Made by a program: the position numbers and the translations under genes. This document shows, in pieces, positions 63,816 to 64,000 of a stretch of 64,000 nt of DNA; the stretch's first letter is position 1; each line of letters opens with the position of its first letter. This DNA comes from Octopus vulgaris (lineage: Eukaryota). Location of the stretch: positions 19,406,001 to 19,470,000 of the forward strand of contig OX597827.1 of the NCBI GenBank assembly GCA_951406725.2, read 5' to 3'. The notes beneath the pieces were generated by a model. That model worked only from the letters and a program-made list of their open reading frames with translations, had not been told where the DNA came from and ran no database searches.

Positions 63816-64000
63816 CAATGTTTTCCTTTTTTTAATGAAATATTTTTTCATCTTTTTATTTTAACATTTTGTGTTTTCTTTTATTTCTTACTTTTTGTCT
63901 TTTTTTTGGTGAGAGAGGGTTTTCTGTTTTTGTTAGCTTGCTTCATTGCTTGTTAATCACACACACATCTGTTTGCTTTGCCATGTTATATTTTGTCTTC

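Overview
AT-rich, repeat-dense eukaryotic genomic DNA. It is most likely from an octopus (inferred from the tRNA-derived SINE families and an 18S fragment with a long GC-rich V4 region). One spliced + strand gene can be assembled from 10 phase-compatible GT-AG exons (28489-58932, about 1,410 codons; start exon not located, stop uncertain). It encodes a long proline-rich, low-complexity region followed by two SH3 domains (SH3D19-like architecture). The rest is mobile DNA and simple repeats: a 49-bp satellite, several SINE families, RTE/CR1/R4/Tx1-like LINE fragments, a GG-ended MITE with 8-bp TSDs (Merlin-like), piggyBac-like MITEs, non-autonomous Helitrons, a Buster-type hAT, and maT and mariner relics. 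The most notable items are an 18S rRNA fragment inserted with a 6-bp duplication into a DD37D transposase, a hammerhead-ribozyme-shaped motif, long intronic palindromes, repeated locally templated insertions, and an exon layout that would allow a chimeric SH3. I found no clear novel multi-gene system. Most short ORFs in the supplied track are repeat artefacts. Repeat boundaries are approximate unless TIRs or TSDs are quoted.
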